This document shows positions 7,555 through 15,020 of a stretch of DNA of 15,020 nucleotides, one piece after another. The notes beneath the pieces are model-generated. The model was not told where the DNA came from. It saw only the letters and a list, made by a program, of their open reading frames with translations, and did no database searches. The translations under genes were made by a program, and so were the position numbers. The stretch lies in assembly GCF_006345805.1 (NCBI RefSeq), contig NW_021825749.1, positions 1 through 15,020 on the forward strand. The letters run 5' to 3'. How positions within the stretch are numbered: the stretch's first letter is position 1; every line of letters begins with the position of its first letter. This DNA comes from Octopus sinensis. Lineage: Eukaryota.

Positions 7555-10147
7555 ATGAATACTAAAATGTACTCTGAGATTGGTAAAGTTTGTCTACAAA
7601 TGTTTTCTAGATATTTTTTCTCATAAACTTGCAGACATTGAAAGAAGGCTATTTAAAAGCGAAAGTGTCTTAGACGCTTTGAACAGCAGTTTTAAACATC
7701 TATATAGCAGTTTGTTTGTTTTGAAATTTTTTTCTAGTTAAAAACTGCGGATCCCCAATAAAGTTAATGTTTTAATTTTATATTTAGTAAAAAAACCTAT
7801 TACGAAATTTATTTAAATAAGCTCAAATATCAGAAGCAAATTGAATGTCTAAATTGGTTATTTTCCTAATGAATAATTTACTTTTAGTAAGAAATATCAC
7901 AATAATAAAAATCATCAGCAAAATTTGACTTCAAAAAATAGATTTGGAAAAGTTATTGTGAAAAATAATAAAAATAAATACAATTTCTATGTTGTCGAAG
8001 AAAGTAAAAAAGATGACGTCAAATTAGAAATTGAATGGATGTTTTTTAATAAATAATAAATTCAATTTTAGTTATTCATTTGACAATAAAAAATCAAAAA
8101 TGTTTTTTAATGATTCGCGAGAATTGACATATAATGTTGGGAGATTTGTAGTATTTTTTGATCCAGATGAACACACTCAACGAATATATGATCAACATGA
8201 ATCCAATATAAACATGTTTATTTGATTTAGTAATATTTAGAATCTGTTTTCATCCAAATAAAGTAATTTATGCAACAACAGAAACTACAAGCAATTTAAA
8301 TGTTTTTTACTTTTGAAAATATAATTCAGATCATAATCAGAATTTGGGATTCGTATACTTTCCAAACCAAAAAAATTATCAAACTCGACGATTCTGTCAA
8401 AAAACTGACTTCACTGTGTTTTTCGTCAGATCTTGTAAAATATATCTAGCAAATGTAGTCGAATGGAAAGTTCCTTGTTGGGATCTTTCAAGATATTTCT
8501 GTATTTGTTGCTGTCCTTAACTGGAGGGCTGACAGAAAAATAGCTGAAATAAATCTCGTTATATTTAATAATAAACTTCAGGGATCGTGCTTTAGGCAAT
8601 ATAATTTGATTTATTCACCTAAAACAGAAAACTTGTTTGTTTCATGGAGCAAACAGCGCTTATGGCTTTTTGTCATTGAAAATAATGAATTGCACAAAAT
8701 TCCAATTAATAAAGTTCATCTCTAAACCATTTTTGTAGAAATATGATCCTACATGCCACACAACTTGTGGTATTTTTACCAACAGCGGGGATATTGTTCT
8801 TGGACTCTCTAATGGCACACTTGAATGTTGGAGTTTTAGTATAAACTACTATTTTTGAAATTTAAGAATCACAAAATATGTTATATCGTATTGATAAAGC
8901 CCATTCGGGGACAATTTCTTCAATGCTTGTAATTACTGAAAATAAAATCGCCACAGCTTGCGATGAAGGGTTCGTGAAAATTTGGAAGGTCGGTACAAAA
9001 CATTGTATTAACACATTTAAAGTATATATCACATTTCAATTTTTAGATCGAACAGGATAAAGGACATGTGATAAACTTATCCTCCGATGGACCACACATG
9101 ATGTATTTGATGACCTCAAATCATATAATTTTATTATTAAAAAACATGCAAATCTCGACGATTTTTGAAGTTAGAATATATTGTGAATTTCATTAGAGTC
9201 ATTCAGTCAAAATATTGGATTTGTGTGCTTCTAGACTCCATCACTTTATTATAACAGGAGACGAGTCTGGAAGATTAATAAAGTGGGATTTAGTGACGAA
9301 TAGATTAATTAAGATAATTAAATTATATGTAAGTCATAATTACTATTTCATAAAGATACCAATTTCATCAATAACAATAAGTCACGATTGCACTCAAATT
9401 TGTGTTGGGTCCAAAAACGGCCAGCTAGTTGTTATCGAATCGATTACATTGACGGAACAATGCTCAATAGAAGAGGTGTCAAGTACAGTAATGAAGTCTG
9501 CATTTAATGCCGATAATTCAAAATTGGTCGTTTATTACAGCTGTGGAAGTATACATATTTTTGAACGAGAAAATTCAAAAACAACGTATCAAAAATGTTT
9601 TACGTTTTTGGTATTTATTTGAGATTATTTTATTTTTTATATTGAGGACTGTCCAATCGAGAATATCGTGTGGTCTTGGGATGGGACTTGCATAGCTGCT
9701 AATTCAGAAATAACTAAAAATAAAATATTTTCTTGGAACATTTTGAAATTGAATGAACAAACTTTTAACGAATTTAATAATACTCAATGGATGAATAACA
9801 AATGCAAAAAAGTAGGATTATTACATGGTTATCTTCAAATAAATATACATTAATATTTTAGATTTTTTACAGAATAAATATCATAATCACGCGCCAGCTT
9901 TTGATTTATCAAACAATTCAGATTTAGTAGTTCTTGCCAACAGTGTTGATTTGCTGCAATGTTTTAATATATTTTCTGTATTTATTATCAAATTTAGTGA
10001 GTTTAGGATGTGAAAATACCTGAAAATGAACGATTTTATAAATCATTAAAAAGGGTAAATAAATTGGTTTTATGTGCGAATGATAAAAAGATTTTATGTA
10101 TCGAAACAGATTCGTCATATTTTTATCAATTTAAATTAACTAGATAA
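7555..10147 (+). CDS. EML: Echinoderm microtubule-associated protein-like (EML/EMAP) HELP-WD40 protein, about 705 aa, 18 exons
   Basis: Exons 7555-7582, 7611-7709, 7738-7762, 7788-7856, 7888-8040, 8072-8215, 8241-8301, 8330-8434, 8459-8557, 8582-8713, 8739-8838, 8867-9021, 9047-9169, 9197-9328, 9356-9610, 9647-9827, 9862-9977 and 10007-10147 sum to 2118 nt, an open frame ending in TAA. Features: N-terminal coiled coil (KLADIERRLFKSE), HELP-like KLEIEWIYSF and ELTYNVGRFVVFFDPDEHTQRIYDQH, then WD repeats (IRIWDS, AHSGTISSM..FVKIWK, ITGDESGRLIKWD, IVWSWDG). Start codon (7555 or 7567) and paralog are uncertain. Confidence 0.88.
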
Positions 10148-10222
10148 TGAGACTAATTTTTAATTTGAAATAATATATAGGAATTTTGATTTTTATAAGC
10201 AATTTAATGGAAAATTCATTTT

Positions 10223-10749
10223 AAAGAGGCCAGGCCAGTTAGCATTGCATTGATATGTACGCTATATGATTCTTCTTCACGTCATCCTGACATGTTTGTA
10301 CCCTAAAGAGAATACAAGTCCGATCTTGTTACCTCCAATGCGGAGTTTGTTCCGAAAATTTTAAAACAAGCGGTTAGTAATTTCAAAATGAAATTTTGAG
10401 ATGAGCGAAAAAACTGAAGGAGTCATTAAATTTTAATTTTCAAAAGATCCATAATAAAAAAGATTGATGATTCTTGTCAAAATATCAGAACATTCGAGGT
10501 ATTTGTCACAGCTCAACGTGGTCGGCCATCTCCTAAAATTCTCAAATTTGTCAAAAAAACCACCCATAAAATAATTAGCAGGATGAAATTTTTCCGCGTT
10601 TATGACAAAAAAATATTTAAGAGATTGGTTTAATCATCTCGAAGAGGAGTCCCGATAGTCGTGAAACGAGCTGGGTTTTTCAGCGGATATCGTTCGCGAT
10701 ATTACGTGGAAATTGCCTGTCCATCCGCTCGGCGACTCATCTAATTTAG
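10223..10749 (+). mobile_element. Second CRE-clade RLE-domain relic (C-terminal end)
   Basis: 10621-10749 reads EIGLIISKRSPDSRETSWVFQRISFAILRGNCLSI*, the typical QRxSxAxxRGN end of CRE ORFs. Upstream degenerate motifs (RHPDMFVP, TFEVFV..GRPSP) are weaker. Confidence 0.62.
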
Positions 10750-10964
10750 TTAACTTCTCTATTTTACTTGTTATTTTTTTAAATATATTTAAGACCTTGT
10801 ATCTTTTTAATTTAATTATCCACTTTAGGAGAATTAATCAACTTAAAAAATTAAATTTCTATAATTTCTATATTTTTAACCATTTTTATGATATTTCAAA
10901 ATTAATATTTTTAAAACACGTTTTTTTGTTGTTAGTTAATCTAATTGAACAAGTTTTAATATAA

Positions 10965-11436
10965 ATGAACCCAACTTCTTTCAATACTAACGACAACCAA
11001 ATTCAAGATTCTTTAAACGCCATGTCAACTTCCATCCGGAGAATCCTACGGAAGAAAGTGGCAGACCCAGTAATCCTAAGCAAGCAAGATTTCAATACAG
11101 AAACAATTTCCGAGGATATAAAACCTTCCCGTTCAATTGTAATATTAAAAATATAAATTAACAGAACATAATGCCAGAAATGTTTTTCCATCAATCTCTT
11201 GACTCATACGACCAAGAATTGGAAGATATATTACTAAGAACAAGTCAGAAGTATTTCTGTTATATTATCAAATAAGAGCTGTTCTCAAATTTGTGTCCCA
11301 GGCTAAGAAAAGAAAGGCCGAACTATCTGCAGAACCAGAGGATAAGCAAGGACGTGAAAAATCTTCAAATAAAAGGAAGAACAGTTCTAAGGCACTTACC
11401 AAACTTGATTTCCTTCAAATGCTTAAACCTGAGTGA
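10965..11436 (+). CDS. 3-exon gene (10965-11138, 11165-11250, 11277-11436), 139 aa; possibly a divergent TAF10-like histone-fold protein
   Basis: Two 26-nt GT-AG introns give a continuous frame ending at TGA 11434-11436. MPE..DQELEDILLRTSQKAVLKFVSQA and ALTKLDFLQML resemble TAF10 IPD..DPRIIRLISLAAQKFISDIANDA and TLTMEDLTPAL by eye. The gene model is firmer than the product call. Confidence 0.62.
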
Positions 11437-11479
11437 AAGTTTTTTTATAAAATTTTTATTTATCTTTTTATTAATCAAT

Positions 11480-12030
11480 ATCTAATGTGTCCTCAACAAA
11501 CATGTTTCCAGAGTGAAATAATGTTGACTAATTGTTATTTTGTTCAGTTTTTTGATGATGGAATGACGATCAAATTTTTTGTGAGTTTTTTTGAGTAAAT
11601 GTTAATTTCATAAAATCTGTCAAACTCAATAAAGCCAAATAATCAAGAATTTTTCTTTTATGAGATATGTATAAATTACTTGGAAATTTCTAAATAAGGA
11701 ACTAATTTATCTTATTTTTATCATAAAGGACACAATTATCAATTTTGGCATTTTTTGATAGTTTTAAGAGGAGAAGGTTGTGAACAGTAGACATGAACAT
11801 TGCAATACTCTAATGATGGCTCAATATGTATCAGATGATCTATCACAAAAGTCGGCAGGTTTTTTGGCTTCACAAGATAAAATTTTGTTTTTTATGTGAT
11901 GCGGGCCAAACGAGAAAAAATATTAATTTTTAAACAAGTGAATTTAGTTTTTTAATAAAGGTCTACGTTAATCTCACTAGTTGGCAAAATTAATGTATTG
12001 TTAAGATGCGAATCAGCTATTCTTCTTAGA
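11480..12030 (-). pseudogene. Possible highly decayed non-LTR reverse transcriptase relic
   Basis: One stop-riddled frame reads TLILPTSE..FTCLKINIFSRLARI, loosely like the RT pattern (VLIPK..YRPITCLNTIYKILAR). No YADD motif is visible. Confidence 0.25.
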
Positions 12031-12611
12031 CATTGATTGGTCGCGCCTAGCGCTCAGTCTTGCACTGCGCTCGCGACATATTACATTTTATTCATAAATC
12101 CGTGAAACGTGATGAAATTTCTAATTTCAATTTCATAATTATCTTTGCATATATTCATACAGATCGATAGGATTTTTAGAAAGAAAATCCACAAAATCTG
12201 CATTTTCTTTTTGTAACTAATTCGCACAATTTCAATTTATTTTCAAAAGCTTGAAACAGAGAATTTTCGGAGAAATTATTTATGTTAAGCTATAAAGACT
12301 GTACTTATTTGCTGATTCTTTGTGTAACAGATCGAACAAAATTTGCTTTTTTTATTGGCTTTGGCAAGTAGGAGTGAAATGGCAATAGAATGGAAGCCAA
12401 GCACTTGAGTGCTAATAAACCTGTTTGCTAGTGCAGATTTTTGTTGTTGTAGCAATTACTTAAATGAGAACTTTGAGGGTCTATGTGGAGCAGGGTTTTA
12501 TGTAAACATTTGTTTTACATGACTTAGTCTGTCCTACGCAAGTTTTCAAGTCACAAAACATTTTGAAAGCATCAAAGTAGCTGTTTATTAACTGTTACTT
12601 TTTGCTCGACA

Positions 12612-12757
12612 TTTAAGACATCTGTTAATTGTACTCAAACTGATGTTTATCTTATATTCGGAAAACTACATGTCTTTTAACTTTGATAGTGTCAATACTG
12701 GATTATCTTCAAACAAACTAAAATGTATTGCTTGTGTAAATCATTCAATTTGGATAA
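12612..12757 (-). mobile_element. Tc1/IS630-like transposase HTH fragment
   Basis: LSKLNDLHKQYIL..EDNPVLTLSKLKDM*FSEYKINISLSTINRCLK (one frameshift, one stop) matches the enP..TL.el......i.vS.sTi.R.L winged-HTH pattern. Confidence 0.45.
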
Positions 12758-13502
12758 ATAATCTCTACAAAATAGAGAATTGAGCTAACCATTAACCAAA
12801 AGTAATTGAAAAAGTCAGAATGGAAAGTAGCATACCCAAAGTAATTCTTTCTCATACTTCAGGGTAATGTGAGTAAATTTTATAAAAATTACTGTGACTC
12901 AATCGGTCTTGAAGGACCCACATGAGCGTACACTCAGTCGGCGGTTAGTATGCGCGCAGAACACAAGTTTGGAATGATCTCCCCGGAAAAATGCCAAAAA
13001 TCTCGGTTTACAAATAGAACAAATGAGAGATCTCTTCTGAACATGACATTGAATCAGATTTGAGAACAACCACAAAAGAGAGTAGCCCTGTGAGATGGAT
13101 AAGTGTAACAATCAAAGAGATTGGGTCTGGTTTGAAAAAGAGAAGAATTGACTGACGCATTAATTAAAAACTAATTTCATTCGGATCTAAATTTTTTATG
13201 TAAATAATATAATTTTAAGAATAAGATTTATATCAGAATGAATGACCAATTATTTATAAAAATAATAAATTTTGAATTGTTCAATTTATTAGTTCTTTGT
13301 TATTCAATATTTAATATTGTGAGAAATAAATGATATTTGTAAAGAAATCTTTATTAACAAGATATTCTTTGCAGATTTGAAAAAGATACTCATTATTTTT
13401 ATCAAGCAAAATATTGAATAAATTAATTTTATTTTTGTACACGAAACTTTATATTATCGCTTTTTGACTGTTATATTTCCAGTAAATACTCAAAAAACTC
13501 AC

Positions 13503-13856
13503 ATAAAGACAGAGTTTGGTTGGACTCAATAAAAAGAATTCCCTACTAATCTCGAGAGATGAGCACAGAATCATTTTGGAAATCAGAAAATAGCCAAGAA
13601 TTGTTTTTGGACATGAACTAAACATTTAAACCAATAAATTTGGAGAATTCAAATTCCAAATTTTTTTTAAATGTTTGATCATTTAAATAAACCAACAACT
13701 TTCAACATTGAAACTCTTAAACTGACTTCTAATTAATTTTTAACTGTGCAAGATAATCAAATTGATACTGTATTTAAATGTTCACAAAAATATAACCATA
13801 AATTGTGGAATATTCGACGAGGCCTTCAGAAAAATTAAAGTTACTACAAGGAATAT
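13503..13856 (+). mobile_element. Possible decayed BEL/Pao LTR retrotransposon pol fragment
   Basis: Ordered motifs IKTEFGWT, ESFWKSE and KLWNIRRGLQKN*SYYKEY resemble Pao TxLGW, LExFWxLE and RLxxLxRxLxKN...Y. Several frameshifts are needed. Confidence 0.3.
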
Positions 13857-14050
13857 GTCTTTTTGGATTTTAAAGGTCTTACCAATCGTTCAGTTTTCAT
13901 TAAAAGAACAAAAATTAATTTAACAGTTAATCAAACAAATTTCTATTCAAAATATTTCAATTTTCATAATTTATTGTCTAGATGGAATGTGACTAATATA
14001 TCGGAAAAAAGGCTTGTTACATTTGATTGAAACTGTATTGGAATAATAAA

Positions 14051-14748
14051 TGTGACCGGTTTCTGAGCGGACCCGGTTTTTGGAAGGACCTGGTGCGTAT
14101 ATTAAAATAAAAAATGGATAAAATAATTTATTTTCACTAGAAAATAAAAATTGGTTTTATTTTTTATTATATTATTGTAATAATTAATTAATTAAATTCA
14201 ACATAAAAAATGGGTTTTGTTGTACTTTCAAAAGCAAATCTTCAAAAAATTAAAAAAATCAAAGAGTTGAGGGATCTAGATAAAGTGATTGAAAAAAGAG
14301 AAAAGCATAGATTTAGAATTCACCCAAAAAAATTTGAATTCTCTGTCGGAAAGGCATTTATTCGAAAAAACAATTGCTTATTCAGATTTTTTTGTATAGA
14401 AGAGAGAGAACTAAAGCCATCAATGATTGAGGTTATCTATAAATCTCCTTATGTTTAGAAGGCACATAATTCTAATCATTTTGGCAGAGATAGAATGATT
14501 AGTCAGAAAAAATTTACGGTGTTACTCGAAATGAGATTGAAAATGTTATTAAAAACTGTGTTTTTTGTCAGGTATAATAATTAAAATAAGGCGATTAGTC
14601 AAAGAGATTAATGGCAACAAAACCTCCTATTAGGCCAATCATTGCGAGAGGCCCGCGTGATAGATACATAGCCGATCTCATTGACTTAAGGAGATATTCG
14701 GAATTAAACGATTCAAATTTATGGGTATACTTTTTGCTCGACATTTAA
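14051..14748 (+). mobile_element. Ginger-like integrase transposon, copy B: left terminus plus 3'-truncated intron-containing integrase pseudogene (14210-14748)
   Basis: TGT terminus with two 17-bp subrepeats (14056-14072, 14073-14089). Removing 27-nt introns 14432-14458 and 14572-14598 gives an HHCC finger (KAHNSNHFGRDRM..KIYGVTRNEIENVIKNCVFCQ) and an rve core start (SKRLMATKPPIRPIIARGPRDRYIADLIDLRRYSELND). One frameshift at about 14510. Confidence 0.8.
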
Positions 14749-14765
14749 GACACCTAGCCGAATGT

Positions 14766-15020
14766 CGATAGCGCAAGGATTAGAGTTAATGCATAAAACA
14801 TTATGGCCAGGTAGCCGAATGGTTGAGTGCTCGTAACTAAATCCGCGTTCTTGGTCCCGGGTTCGATTCCCAGAGGCTGCCTGTGCCGCATGGAACGGAT
14901 CTCCGGATGGGATGTTGAGCTTCCTAGTCTTCTTCAGCCACACGCCAACATAAAAAAACAGTTAAAAAGAAACTCTCCCACCTCGGGCTTGATGCATTAG
15001 CTCTAATCCTTGCGCTATCG
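14766..15020. repeat. Inverted repeat of at least 29 bp flanking the tRNA-like head
   Basis: CGATAGCGCAAGGATTAGAGTTAATGCAT (14766-14794) is the reverse complement of 14992-15020 with one mismatch. The right arm is cut by the window end. Confidence 0.95.
14805..15020 (+). mobile_element. tRNA-derived SINE-like element with Pol III A and B boxes; runs off the window
   Basis: A box TAGCCGAATGG at 14812-14822 and B box GGTTCGATTCC at 14860-14870, with tRNA-like spacing. The T arm is near perfect, but the acceptor and anticodon stems do not pair. A GC-rich non-tRNA body follows. Confidence 0.7.

Larger units (their letters stand above)
12596..14752 (+). repeat. Exact 25-bp direct repeat pair
   Basis: TACTTTTTGCTCGACATTTAAGACA at 12596-12620 and 14728-14752. 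Confidence 0.97.

Noticed and set aside
3066-10749. Inversion splitting one CRE copy, since the minus-strand fragment ends at GKRIL and the plus-strand fragment resumes at EIG
   Set aside because: The second relic has its own degenerate K-N-I-* before EIG plus upstream RLE motifs. An inversion would also flip the integrase relic relative to its TGT terminus at 1651. Two independent copies is the simpler explanation.
9507-11485. ORFs 9507-9695, 9924-10118, 10713-10964, 11003-11194 and 11291-11485 as separate genes
   Set aside because: They overlap exons of the spliced genes in other frames or strands, or are low-complexity AT-rich frames.
12890-13150. ORF 12899-13111 (minus) and the surrounding GC-richer patch
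   Set aside because: No motif was recognised in any frame and no micro-intron model produced a longer ORF. Probably a TE relic, but it cannot be supported.
14805-14880. Functional tRNA gene
   Set aside because: The acceptor strands GGCCAGG and AGGCTGC do not pair, and no anticodon stem can be formed. Only the A box, B box and T arm remain.

Overview
AT-rich eukaryotic DNA, almost certainly animal, in the standard genetic code. The host has uniformly tiny spliceosomal introns: 23 GT-AG introns of 24-36 nt were reconstructed by hand. That fits a reduced parasitic animal such as a myxozoan, dicyemid or orthonectid (inference only). There are three host genes: a class A peptide-type GPCR (166-1298, minus; two 27-nt introns; one 1-nt frameshift), an 18-exon EML/EMAP-like HELP-WD40 gene (7555-10147) and a 3-exon possible TAF10-like gene (10965-11436). 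Most of the rest is transposon-derived. From 1651 to about 7000 a Ginger-like integrase element appears to host a Tc1 element, a CRE-clade fragment and a full-length Ingi/Vingi-type LINE with an 11-bp TSD. The LINE 5' end folds as an HDV-like ribozyme containing the start codon, followed by a 2A/StopGo motif (DVEQNPG/P). A second Ginger-like copy (14051-14748) has two host-sized 27-nt introns in its integrase gene. The window ends in a tRNA-derived SINE-like head enclosed by inverted repeats of at least 29 bp. All alignments and folds were done by eye; no database search was run.
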